Source: a virus (Duplodnaviria; Caudoviricetes). From it: DNA of 41,648 nucleotides. The first letter of the stretch is position 1. Each line of letters opens with the position of its first letter. Positions 14,610-23,675 of this stretch are shown in pieces. The position numbers were made by a program, and so were the translations under genes. Location: IMG/VR virus record IMGVR_UViG_3300031949_001709, positions 1 through 41,648 of that record; one strand, given 5' to 3'. Below the pieces are notes generated by a model that had not been told where the DNA came from, did no database searches, and saw nothing but the letters and a program-made list of their open reading frames with translations.

Positions 14610-15993
14610 CGAGCACTGGCGGGCCGGCCGTGATCTGCTGGTCGAGAAGTCGCGGGACATGGGCGCGACGTGGCTATTCGCGGCCTGGGACGTTCACCAC
14701 TGGCTCTACGAGGACTCTTTTCACACGCTCTGGGGCTCGCGCAGGGAGGCGGCGGTGGATGACAAGACCCCGGCCTCGATCTTCGGCAAGCTCGATCTGA
14801 TCCTCCGGGACATGCCGCCGTGGATGCTGCCCGGGCACTTTGCGCAGGACACCCGGGCGAACCGGATGGGCCGGTGGGGCCGGAACTCACGGCAGAAGCT
14901 CTTGATCAAGAACGTGGAGAACGGGAACGTGATCCAGGGGGAGTCAACAAACCAGCACTTCTCCCGCTCGGGCCGCTTCTCGGCCGTGATCCTGGATGAG
15001 TTCGCTTTTTGGGACACCGACCGGCTCGCGTGGAAGGGGACGGCCGACTCGACTCCCGTCAGGTTCGTCATCTCGACCCCCAACGGGCGCGGCAACATGT
15101 TTGCCGATCTTCGGTGGGGCAAGGCCGGGGAGCGGCAGATCGATGTCGAGACGCTTCACTGGCGTCTTCACCCGCACAAGGATGAGAAGTGGTACGCGAA
15201 GGAGAAGAAGCGTCGGACGGATGAGGACCTGGCGCAGGAAGTGGATATTTCGTACGAGCGGAGCGTCAGGAGCCGCATCTACTTCGATTTCGACCGGAAC
15301 CGTCAGGCCACGCAGGTGGTGGACTACGACCCGAACCTCTCTGTTGAGTTTGGCTGGGACTTCGGCATCGCCACCACGGCGGTTGTGTGGATGCAGCCGG
15401 GGCCGGACTGGGATCTTCGGATCATCGACGAACTGGAGTTTAACCGCGCCGACATCGACGCCGTGGCGACCGAGATCATGCGCCGGGCCGAGGAGCGGGG
15501 GATGCCGGACCCACGGGAGTGCCGACACGTGGGCGACCCGGCGGGCAACAACGTGACGCAGCTCATGGGCGGGCTGTCGGTGGTGCAGCGCCTCTGGAAC
15601 ATCGGAATCCGAGTGGACACGCCCCCGCGGCCGCTTTGCACCTACGAGAATCGGATCAGGAAGACGACGGCCATACTCAAGCTCACGCGCATAAACTCGG
15701 AGTGCAAGCGGACGATCGAGTGCTTCGAGAACTACCGTTACCCGGATGACGTGAACCCGAACTCCGTGCAGCGGGCCAAACCGCTGATCAATCAATACTC
15801 GCATTTGGTGACCGCTTTCGAGTATTGGTGTCTCATACAGCCCGAGCCCAACCTTGGGGACATGACAATAGGCGAGGCGTCGGCGACGCAGACTGAGGAA
15901 GCGCAGCGGTGGGCGCAATGGGCGCTGGCGCGCGGACGGTTCAAGGTGCAGAAGAGCCATATGCTTGATCCGAACAAGGAAGTCTGGGTGTAG
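14350..15993 (+). CDS. terL: Terminase large subunit
   Basis: AAGGAG RBS and TTG; WPFQ, Walker A KSRDMGAT, Walker B VILDEFAF, ISTP coupling motif, nuclease GWDFG and GDPAG. Confidence 0.95.
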   Translation: MTIITEKSRAALQRSYEKRWIGARRLWVERCESSQDARVAVREICRTSLEAFVNLMVWTLDPRPKAKSGRGPMILWPFQVDLLRRIDEHWRAGRDLLVEKSRDMGATWLFAAWDVHHWLYEDSFHTLWGSRREAAVDDKTPASIFGKLDLILRDMPPWMLPGHFAQDTRANRMGRWGRNSRQKLLIKNVENGNVIQGESTNQHFSRSGRFSAVILDEFAFWDTDRLAWKGTADSTPVRFVISTPNGRGNMFADLRWGKAGERQIDVETLHWRLHPHKDEKWYAKEKKRRTDEDLAQEVDISYERSVRSRIYFDFDRNRQATQVVDYDPNLSVEFGWDFGIATTAVVWMQPGPDWDLRIIDELEFNRADIDAVATEIMRRAEERGMPDPRECRHVGDPAGNNVTQLMGGLSVVQRLWNIGIRVDTPPRPLCTYENRIRKTTAILKLTRINSECKRTIECFENYRYPDDVNPNSVQRAKPLINQYSHLVTAFEYWCLIQPEPNLGDMTIGEASATQTEEAQRWAQWALARGRFKVQKSHMLDPNKEVWV

Positions 15994-16002
15994 GGGGATC
16001 CG

Positions 16003-16605
16003 ATGTTTCAGTTTCTACTGCCGTTGCTTGCGAAAGTAGGACCCGCCCTGCTCAAGGTCGGCGGTGCTGCGGCGAAGGCGAAGGGCGCTCAGATGCTCGG
16101 GGAGCAGTTCGGACAGGCCGCCGCGTCGTCTTCGATGCCACAGTTCGGCGATGCGCTCAAGTCGAGTCTCCCGGCGGGGATGCCTTCCGTGTCCGGTGTG
16201 GGCGCAGAGCCCGGCGGCATGATCGGCAACTCGATGGCCGAGCAGGGCCGCGGCCTCTTGGAGAAGGTGCTCGGGCAGCAGGGCTCGGAACGGCGCGCGA
16301 TCGTCAAGGACATTCTCACGGCCTATCAGGGAAGCCAGAGTCAGGGATCGGGAGGCGCGGGCGGCGGAGCGCCCGGTGGCGTCGGGGGGCTCACCTCCTT
16401 GCCCTCGGCCGTGTCCGTGCCTCCCTCCACCTACGCGCCAGTGCCCGGCGGCGCGGCCGAGGGCTTCGGCGGCGCGGGCCAGTTGCTCTCCCCGCTGCTT
16501 CCGAAGGCGGGTCTTTCGGGTGATCCGTCCGAGGAGGAGCGGCGCATCCTCGCGCTCCAGATGGCGATGAGGTCGCTCGGTGGCGGCGGGCAGGGGATGT
16601 TCTGA
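16003..16605 (+). CDS. Gly/Ala/Ser-rich protein, possible pilot/ejection or minor virion protein
   Basis: Amphipathic N-terminus MFQFLLPLLAKVGPALLKVGG; low-complexity body; TGATG coupling to portal. Confidence 0.6.
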   Translation: MFQFLLPLLAKVGPALLKVGGAAAKAKGAQMLGEQFGQAAASSSMPQFGDALKSSLPAGMPSVSGVGAEPGGMIGNSMAEQGRGLLEKVLGQQGSERRAIVKDILTAYQGSQSQGSGGAGGGAPGGVGGLTSLPSAVSVPPSTYAPVPGGAAEGFGGAGQLLSPLLPKAGLSGDPSEEERRILALQMAMRSLGGGGQGMF

Positions 16606-18512
16606 TGGCGAACCGCCTTGCGCCGGGAACCGCGTTTCACGACCGAACGCTCAAATTCTTCGAGAGCGTGTTCACGCGCGGGTCCGACCAGCGGGCGAAA
16701 CTCGAGCCGCTGTGGACCGAGCTTCACGACGCCTTCGTGGGCTACGAGCGGCAGGCGCGCATGGTCGGTGACGAGCAACGCACGGACATCGTGTACCTCG
16801 TCTATCACTTCATCGAAACCATCGCCGCCTACATCGTGGACAATATGCTGCCCGAGGAGGACTTTGGGAGCATGCGGGGCCGTGGATCCGAGGACCGGGA
16901 GCCCGGAGAACTCCTGACGACAGTGCTCCAGTGGCGATTTCAGAAGGCGAAGGTGCGGCAGAAGCTGATCAAGATAATCTTCCAGTCCCTCATCTTCGGC
17001 GTCTCGTGGGGGAAGGTGTCGTGGTTGCGCGAGTTTAGGTTCCTCTCTACGCTCACTGGAGCCGTGGACCCTGAGACCGGGCTTGATAAGCAGGACTACG
17101 AGATAAGCCAGATCCTCGCCTACTCAGGTCCCGACCTCGTTCCTAAGAGCATCTGGGACGTCTGGTGGGACCGCTACATGACTTCCATCGACGGCGGGTG
17201 GATCATCGACCGCGACTGGATGACCCTAGGACAGATCCGGAGCATGGCCGAGTCGGCCGGGTGGGTGAACGTCTCGGCCTTCGAGAAGAAGCTGGTGGGT
17301 ATCACCGACTCATCCGACAACGTTTCGCGCCTCCCGGACGAGCACGATAAGATGGCCTACGACGTGACCGACTCCATGCCCGGCCAGCCCTCCGACTGGG
17401 GCGACCGCGTGCGCGTCACCGGGAAGTCAGAGCACCCGATCCTCGAATACTGCGGGCCGTTCGATTACCACGACGACGGCAATTACATCCCCTGCATCAT
17501 CGACGCATCCATCGACCAGCGCATCGTCTTTCGCGTCGAGCCCGCGCCGAACCTCCACGGGCAGTCCCCGTGGATTGCGGCCGTGCCAATGCCGTGGCTG
17601 AACCAGTTCCACGGGATGAGTGTCGCTGGTGTCAACCTCACGAAGCAGAACTACATCAACGACATCCTGAAGCTGACCATGACGAACTTCGAGAAGGCCG
17701 TGAACACGGTCATCTTGAAGGACTCCGACGCCCGCATCAACTCCAAGCAGTTCCGCTTCAAGTCCTTCAACGTCTACGACGTGCAGACGCGTCCCGGCCT
17801 GCCCATCACGCAGATGCTCCACTTCCTCCAGGCCCCGGACATCAAGCCCTCGGCCCTTGGGATCATGAACGAGATCCTGGCGCTTGCGAAGGTCGAGTCG
17901 AGTGTCGAGGACTTCTTCGCCACCGGGCAGACGCGCGGCGTGACCAAAACGGCCTCCGGCATCGCGCAGATAACAGACCGCGCCTCCTCGCGGCACAAGC
18001 TCAAGATCAGCGTGGTCGAAGAGGACACGGTGAAACGGCTGGGCTATCAGTTCTTCGCGCTCGACCAGCAGTATGCGACGGACGAGGACGTGGCCCCGGT
18101 GCTGGGCACGGACGAGCAGGGCGAGCCCGTTCCGTTCCCGCGGCTTTCGGTCGAGGACATCGTGCGGTGGTGGGACTTCTACCCAGTTGGGTCCGCGACG
18201 ATCCTGAATAAGCAGAGCGACCAGGAGAACCTGACGTTCCTGATGCAGACGCTGATGAACAATTTGGAAGGCTTCATGGCCGCCGGCTTCGTCGTGAACC
18301 TGAAGAAGGTCTGGGATGGGCTGGCGAAGAAAGTCAAGTTCCCGGAGCTGGCCGATGCGGTGCAGGTGGCTCCTCCGGTGCAGCCTCCGACAGCGCCTGC
18401 CGGTGAGCCCGGCAAGACGGAACCTGACATGTCTGGTGCGGCCGGCATGATGCCAGAGGGTGAGATGATGGGCCAGGGCGGTAATGGGGGCATGATGGGC
18501 GGAGGCATGTGA
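16605..18512 (+). CDS. Portal protein (P22-like)
   Basis: 635 aa after TerL; IFGVSWGKVSW, QFHGMS, KTASGI motifs; low-complexity C-terminal tail. Confidence 0.9.
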   Translation: MANRLAPGTAFHDRTLKFFESVFTRGSDQRAKLEPLWTELHDAFVGYERQARMVGDEQRTDIVYLVYHFIETIAAYIVDNMLPEEDFGSMRGRGSEDREPGELLTTVLQWRFQKAKVRQKLIKIIFQSLIFGVSWGKVSWLREFRFLSTLTGAVDPETGLDKQDYEISQILAYSGPDLVPKSIWDVWWDRYMTSIDGGWIIDRDWMTLGQIRSMAESAGWVNVSAFEKKLVGITDSSDNVSRLPDEHDKMAYDVTDSMPGQPSDWGDRVRVTGKSEHPILEYCGPFDYHDDGNYIPCIIDASIDQRIVFRVEPAPNLHGQSPWIAAVPMPWLNQFHGMSVAGVNLTKQNYINDILKLTMTNFEKAVNTVILKDSDARINSKQFRFKSFNVYDVQTRPGLPITQMLHFLQAPDIKPSALGIMNEILALAKVESSVEDFFATGQTRGVTKTASGIAQITDRASSRHKLKISVVEEDTVKRLGYQFFALDQQYATDEDVAPVLGTDEQGEPVPFPRLSVEDIVRWWDFYPVGSATILNKQSDQENLTFLMQTLMNNLEGFMAAGFVVNLKKVWDGLAKKVKFPELADAVQVAPPVQPPTAPAGEPGKTEPDMSGAAGMMPEGEMMGQGGNGGMMGGGM

Positions 18513-18516
18513 GAAC

Positions 18517-18840
18517 ATGGCCATGACCCACCAGGAAAAACTCTTCGTCGCCGCCGCCCGCCGCCTTGAGGAGATAGCCGGGCATCCCGGGCTGCAAGTC
18601 TTCATCGACGCGATCAAGGATTTCTTCGACCCGGAAGACCTGTTCACGGTGGTCGAAGTAAAACAAGGCTGGACTCTCGGGGAGGAATTCGCCTATAAGA
18701 AGGGACAGCGGGACGCAATCGCCTTCGTCGTGGGCGAGCCCTCGCGCGGCTTCTACGGAATCCGCGAGAAGGTTCTGAAGAAGGCGCAGGACTTGATCGA
18801 CCAAGAGAGAGAGGAGCAAACGCAGCACAGCGAAGTCTGA
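18517..18840 (+). CDS. Small helical protein between portal and scaffold
   Basis: HPGLQVF...AYKKGQRDAI; typical podovirus position. Confidence 0.7.
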   Translation: MAMTHQEKLFVAAARRLEEIAGHPGLQVFIDAIKDFFDPEDLFTVVEVKQGWTLGEEFAYKKGQRDAIAFVVGEPSRGFYGIREKVLKKAQDLIDQEREEQTQHSEV

Positions 18841-18844
18841 GCCG

Positions 18845-18940
18845 TCCGGGGTAGCTCCCCGGCCGGTGGGCCAGCGATGGCTTAGAAGCCGACCCCGTGC
18901 ACGGCGGGAATCGGCTTTTCTGTTATCTGGCCCAACCACC
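18845..18940 (+). promoter_or_regulatory. Structured leader upstream of the scaffold gene
   Basis: CCGGGG/CCCCGG hairpin, then nested GGGCCAG/CTGGCCC and AGAAGCCGA/TCGGCTTTT stems. Confidence 0.45.
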
Positions 18941-18965
18941 TCAAACGCAGCAAAGGAGAGGACTC

Positions 18966-19703
18966 ATGCAGGACGACCAGGACACCTCGACAGCCGGACC
19001 CGACAAGGACACTCCGGCGAGCGAGCCCGAGGGAGCCGAGCCTGAGACAGACGGGGGGACCGCCGCATCGGATGATTCTGACTCCCCGGATCTCGTCAAT
19101 TACGAGAAACGGATCACGGATCTTCAGGCGCGGGCAACACGGGCGGAAATGAGGAACGCCGAATTGGAGCGTTCACATGGACAACCCCAGCAGCCGCAAC
19201 AGCCGCAGGTAGAGGCGTGGACGCAGGAGCAGAAGGCAGCCTACGTCGAGAACCTCATCAAGACCAAGGGTCCGGGAGCCATCGTGGACCTGATGGGGGA
19301 GATCGCGCAGGAGGCCACGAAGCCCCTGTACTCGCAACTGCTCAAGATGAAGACCGCCATGTCGGACCCCGACTACACGCGACTCGAGGACCGGATCAAC
19401 CGCATCTACGGAGATGTGGCAGCCGGCAAGACGAACGTGGAGGAGATGGTCCTGCGGGTGGCCAAGGCGGAGGAAGCGATGGAGAAGGCTGCGGAGAAGG
19501 GTCAGCCCCGGAAACCAGACAACGCGGCGCGAGGGACCACCACCGGTTCACACCGGACGGGAGCACCCGAAGCGCCAACTCCTAACCTGAACGACGCGGA
19601 CATGACCACCGTTGCAAGAGCGGCTCTCAAGGACCCGACGATCACTCAGGCCCATCGGGATCTGATCTTGCAGCGGCACCCGCAGCTCAGGCCGAAGGAA
19701 TAA
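18966..19703 (+). CDS. Capsid scaffolding protein
   Basis: AAGGAG RBS; acidic N-terminus and coiled coil (YEKRITDLQARATR); directly before the capsid gene. Confidence 0.8.
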   Translation: MQDDQDTSTAGPDKDTPASEPEGAEPETDGGTAASDDSDSPDLVNYEKRITDLQARATRAEMRNAELERSHGQPQQPQQPQVEAWTQEQKAAYVENLIKTKGPGAIVDLMGEIAQEATKPLYSQLLKMKTAMSDPDYTRLEDRINRIYGDVAAGKTNVEEMVLRVAKAEEAMEKAAEKGQPRKPDNAARGTTTGSHRTGAPEAPTPNLNDADMTTVARAALKDPTITQAHRDLILQRHPQLRPKE

Positions 19704-19707
19704 GCAC

Positions 19708-20727
19708 ATGGCCGATACCACCACGGTCCCCCAGGGAGCACGGGCGGGGACGGCGGGACTCTCGCCGACTCTCGCCATCTACCACAAGCGCGCCCTGCTG
19801 GACTACATCAAGTTCAACTCGCGGTACGAAAACTTTGGTCTTGAGGACACGGTGCCCCTGCGAAATGGCGACCAGTGCGTGTTCACGCGCCTGGACGGCT
19901 ACGCCGCAGGCACGGCTCCGACGGCCCTCACCGAAGGCAACACGCCAGCATCGACGGCGATGTCCTCGCTCTCGGTCACGGCGCAGATCAAGGAATACGG
20001 CACCTGGACGGAGAAGTCCGATTTCCTTCGGAAGGTCTCCTTCGTGGACTGGATTCCTACGGCGTCGGAATGGCTCAACTACCGGGCCATGATCGACATC
20101 GACATGCTCTGCCGCGATGAACTCACCTCGAACGCCGTCTCGGGTTCGACGGGGAACATCATGGTGGCGGGCGCGCTCACGGCGACGGCTCTTTCCAGCG
20201 TCACGTCGGCGAGCTACATCGTGGCCTCCGACTTCCTCGGCTCCAACATCAAGATGAGGAAGCTCGGCATCATGCCGTTCGCCGGTCAGGACTTCGGCAG
20301 CGTCGTGGCGACGGCGTGTCTGTACGACCTCCAGTCGGATGCTTCGGCGGGAGGCTGGATCGACATCCTGAAGTACACCGGCGCGATGAGTCAGATCATC
20401 AACGGCGAGGCCGGAAAGGTCCAAGGGGTGCGCATCACCGACTCCCCGCTGGCCGTCTCCACCTCGACCGGGACCAGCGCGTCCGCTACCGCCTGGTACA
20501 ACTTCGTCTTCGGGAAGGGTTCCTTCGGGAAGGTGAAGTTGAGCGGGAGCGATATCGACCTCGTGGTCCGGCTTGCCAAGGACAACGGGATCGAGGACCC
20601 GCTCGGGCAGCGCAACTCGGTGGGCGTGATCTACCCGTTTGTGGCGAAGTACCTGAAGACCACGATGGCCACGGACAAGCATCGGATGGTGGTGCTGCTC
20701 GCGGCGTCGCGGGCTTCGACGCTGTAA
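19708..20727 (+). CDS. Major capsid protein (N4-gp56-like family)
   Basis: ALTEG.TP, QIKEYG, GEAGKVQGVRI, DPLGQR.SVG motifs. Confidence 0.92.
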   Translation: MADTTTVPQGARAGTAGLSPTLAIYHKRALLDYIKFNSRYENFGLEDTVPLRNGDQCVFTRLDGYAAGTAPTALTEGNTPASTAMSSLSVTAQIKEYGTWTEKSDFLRKVSFVDWIPTASEWLNYRAMIDIDMLCRDELTSNAVSGSTGNIMVAGALTATALSSVTSASYIVASDFLGSNIKMRKLGIMPFAGQDFGSVVATACLYDLQSDASAGGWIDILKYTGAMSQIINGEAGKVQGVRITDSPLAVSTSTGTSASATAWYNFVFGKGSFGKVKLSGSDIDLVVRLAKDNGIEDPLGQRNSVGVIYPFVAKYLKTTMATDKHRMVVLLAASRASTL

Positions 20728-20734
20728 CCCACGC

Positions 20735-20765
20735 GGGGGCCGGTCCTTCGGGATCGGCCCCTTCA
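20735..20765 (+). terminator. Hairpin after the capsid gene, probably a leaky intrinsic terminator
   Basis: GGGGGCCGGTCC-TTCG-GGATCGGCCCCT with only a weak U tract (TCAT). Confidence 0.65.
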
Positions 20766-20775
20766 TGGAGGTTTC

Positions 20776-20943
20776 ATGGAATCGAAAAAGCGATCAGTGA
20801 AAGTAGATGTGCCTTATTACGATTCCGCAGGAGTGAAATACAAGAGCGTTGCCGAAAGAGACAGGGCCGTTGCTTCCAGAGAAATAATGGAAGCAGAGGC
20901 CAAAAGACAGTTTGAAGAACAACAGAAACGCAAGGCCAAGTAA
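20776..20943 (+). CDS. 55-aa basic hypothetical protein (not in ORF track)
   Basis: GGAGGT RBS; MESKKRSVKVDVPYYDSAG...QKRKAK; stop abuts the next ATG. Confidence 0.6.
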   Translation: MESKKRSVKVDVPYYDSAGVKYKSVAERDRAVASREIMEAEAKRQFEEQQKRKAK

Positions 20944-21273
20944 ATGCTCTGGGACTCCTTCCGGCGTCTGCTGCTGCGGTTGAACCCGGGCCTGACGTTC
21001 GAGTGGAACGCGAACAACGCTTACCGGACGGTGGGCGTGTATCTGAAGGAGGACGACCCGAAGTACCGCGAGGAGGGAATCCGACGAGCCACGTTCCTCT
21101 TCGGCGTGCCCAGGGATTGGGTGCCGGACGACACGGAGACGGACCCGGCAACCGGGGCCATCATCCGGCGCGGCTGGCGCGAGGCGGTGGTGAAACTCTG
21201 GGAGCTGGGGGCGGTGGTGGACCGGGACTACTACCGGAAGGTGACGCGAGGATGGAGGAAGCATGCCGCCTGA
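20944..21273 (+). CDS. Hypothetical phage protein
   Basis: 109 aa, coupled on both sides; IIRRGWREAV..L motif. Confidence 0.65.
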   Translation: MLWDSFRRLLLRLNPGLTFEWNANNAYRTVGVYLKEDDPKYREEGIRRATFLFGVPRDWVPDDTETDPATGAIIRRGWREAVVKLWELGAVVDRDYYRKVTRGWRKHAA

Positions 21274-22450
21274 CGTGACGGTCATCATCCCCACGCTCAA
21301 CCGACTCGACTTGCTCAAGGCCGCGGTGGAGTCCTTCCGGGAGCATCACGAGGGCGACTCCTACGAGATCGTCGTGGTGGAGAACGGGAACGACTCAACC
21401 GAGGTCTGGTGCAAGGACAACAAGGTCCGTTGCCTGAAGCCGGACAACCCGCTCCCCTTCGGGCACTCGAACAACCTCGCGGCGCGGGAGACGAAGTCGC
21501 GTTTCCTGCTCCTGCTCAATAACGACACGATCTGCACGCAGAACATCCTCCTGCCCATGATCGCCACGATGGAGGCGAACCCGAAGTGCGTCATGGTCGG
21601 CGCGAAGCTCGTCCACGAGGACGGCACGCTCCAGCACGGTGGGATCGAGTTCGCCCCGAACGGCATCCCATTCCATCCCCTCTACGGCGGCCCGGCCGAC
21701 CTCGACTGCCTGAACTTCGACCGGCCCGTGAACGGGGTGACGGCGGCCTGCGCGCTCGTGCGGCGGGACGCATGGGAGAAGGTCCACGGTTTCGATGAGC
21801 GGTACGAGTCGAACTACGAGGACGTGGATCTCGGGCTCAAGTTCCTCGAGCGCGGCTGGCAACTCTGGTTCTGCCACTCGGCGGTGATGACCCACCTTGA
21901 GAACCGCACCCGCGGCGACTCGGTGGACATCAAGCCCATGCTCAAGGTGTTCGCCCGGAAGTGGATCGAGACGAAGAACCTCCACTACCTGCGCGACTTC
22001 GGGAAGCTCGATCACCCGGCCACGGAGCGGCGCGTCAAGGTCGGCACCCGGCGTGGGTGCTGGCCCGGGTACGTCAACCTGGACGACCGGCAGGCGCAGG
22101 GCGTGGACATGGCGCGGGACATCCGGCGCGGCCTGCCATTCGATACCGGAACGGTGAAGCACTTGCTCTACGATCTCGTGCTCCAGACCCTCTCCGGGAC
22201 AGAGGTGGTGGACGCGCTTGATGAGGCCTACCGGGTGCTGGCCTCGGATGGACTGCTGTCCGTCGTGGTACCCATCGGCATCGGCGACCCGCTGGCTCGC
22301 TCCTTCTGGAATGAGCGGAGCCTGGCCGTTCCGAGCCCGCCGTGGAAGGTGGAGCGCATCCTGGAGGACGGGGAGCGGGTGCGCTTCGACATGAGGCTTT
22401 GCCGGGAGGCGGTCCTGCCTGCGGAGCCGGAGAAGGTGGAGGCCGTTTGA
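21263..22450 (+). CDS. GT2 glycosyltransferase fused to a C-terminal SAM-methyltransferase-like domain
   Basis: VIIPTLN, LLLLNND, GAKL, VTAAC, GFDE..YEDVD; C-terminal GYVNLD..D...D...GLPF...EAYRVL..DG with a degenerate GxG motif. Confidence 0.88.
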   Translation: MPPDVTVIIPTLNRLDLLKAAVESFREHHEGDSYEIVVVENGNDSTEVWCKDNKVRCLKPDNPLPFGHSNNLAARETKSRFLLLLNNDTICTQNILLPMIATMEANPKCVMVGAKLVHEDGTLQHGGIEFAPNGIPFHPLYGGPADLDCLNFDRPVNGVTAACALVRRDAWEKVHGFDERYESNYEDVDLGLKFLERGWQLWFCHSAVMTHLENRTRGDSVDIKPMLKVFARKWIETKNLHYLRDFGKLDHPATERRVKVGTRRGCWPGYVNLDDRQAQGVDMARDIRRGLPFDTGTVKHLLYDLVLQTLSGTEVVDALDEAYRVLASDGLLSVVVPIGIGDPLARSFWNERSLAVPSPPWKVERILEDGERVRFDMRLCREAVLPAEPEKVEAV

Positions 22451-23076
22451 GCGAGATCGACGATGCGTTTCACAAGCGGCTCTATGAGGAATACGGCTTC
22501 CTGCGCGGACAGGGGATCACCTGGATGGGCGTCGGCGCCCTCAAGTACCCGTGCGACCTGTGGCTCTACCAGGAGATTATGTTCGAGTTGAAACCGGATC
22601 TCGTCATCGAGACCGGCACGCACATGGGAGGCTCGGCCCTCTTCATGGCGCACATGATGGACCTCATCGGGAACGGGCGAATAGTGAGCATCGACCTGAC
22701 GCACAAGATGCTCAAGGCCGAGCACCCGCGTGTGACGTTCCTCGAAGGTTCATCGACCGACCCGGAGATCGTCGGGCGGGTCAGGGAGCTGGCCGCCGTG
22801 TCGCCGCGGGTCATGGTGGTGCTGGACAGCGATCACACGATGCCCAACGTGCTAGCTGAACTTGATACTTACGGGCCGATGGTGACGCCGGGCTCATACA
22901 TGATCGTCGAGGACACAAACCTGAACGGGCATCCGGTTCCCTGGCACTTCGGTCTGGGCGCTTGGGAGGCAGTTGAGGAATGGTTGCCGAAGCATCCCGA
23001 GTTCGAGGCGGACAAGACGATGGAGCGGTTTCGCATGACCTTCAACCCGGGCGGCTACCTCAAGAGGATCGCGTGA
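22447..23076 (+). CDS. CmcI/cephalosporin-hydroxylase-family (rhamnosyl O-methyltransferase-like) methyltransferase
   Basis: TWMG....KYPCDLWLYQEI....KPDLVIETGT..GGS, VVLDSDH, GSYMIVEDT, TFNPGGYLKR. Confidence 0.92.
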   Translation: MSEIDDAFHKRLYEEYGFLRGQGITWMGVGALKYPCDLWLYQEIMFELKPDLVIETGTHMGGSALFMAHMMDLIGNGRIVSIDLTHKMLKAEHPRVTFLEGSSTDPEIVGRVRELAAVSPRVMVVLDSDHTMPNVLAELDTYGPMVTPGSYMIVEDTNLNGHPVPWHFGLGAWEAVEEWLPKHPEFEADKTMERFRMTFNPGGYLKRIA

Positions 23077-23675
23077 AGGTCTCGATCATCACCCCGACCT
23101 GGAAGCGCCCGAAGGGGCTGGCCCGCGCCGTCGCGTGCGTTGAGGCGCAGACGCATAAGGACATCGAGCACCTGATCGTTCACGACGGCCGGGAGCCCAT
23201 GCACTACGGCAAGGCCGGTGTCTCCTTCAAGAATGACCGTGTTCATGAGTGGTGCCTGGACCGAAACCACGACGATGTGGGCGTGACGCCGCTCAACCAC
23301 GCCCGCAAGGAGGCCACCGGGGACCTCATCATGGTCCTCGGGGACGACAACGAGATTTCCCCGGATCACGTCGAAAGCCTCGCGGCGCTGTTCGAGAAGG
23401 AGGAGAACCTGGGCTTCGCCTTCTCCTTCGGCGTCATCAAGGACGCGGCTAAGGATGAAATAATCTGCAACCTATCTGCGCAGCGCCCGGCCTACGAACA
23501 GATCGACCTCGGGCAACTGATAATTCGGCGGGAAGTGGACGCGCGGTTCGGGCCGTGGGTCTATACCAGGTATTCGTACGATTGGGACCGGGTAGACCTT
23601 ATGCTCCGCGCCGGGGTGCCGTACAAGACGACCATGAAATACACGTTCTGCTTCACGAAGGGATGGAAGGAGTGA
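23073..23675 (+). CDS. GT2 glycosyltransferase
   Basis: VSIITPTW, QT....EHLIVHDG, ATGD...LGDDN, DW motif; GTG start coupled. Confidence 0.85.
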   Translation: MKVSIITPTWKRPKGLARAVACVEAQTHKDIEHLIVHDGREPMHYGKAGVSFKNDRVHEWCLDRNHDDVGVTPLNHARKEATGDLIMVLGDDNEISPDHVESLAALFEKEENLGFAFSFGVIKDAAKDEIICNLSAQRPAYEQIDLGQLIIRREVDARFGPWVYTRYSYDWDRVDLMLRAGVPYKTTMKYTFCFTKGWKE

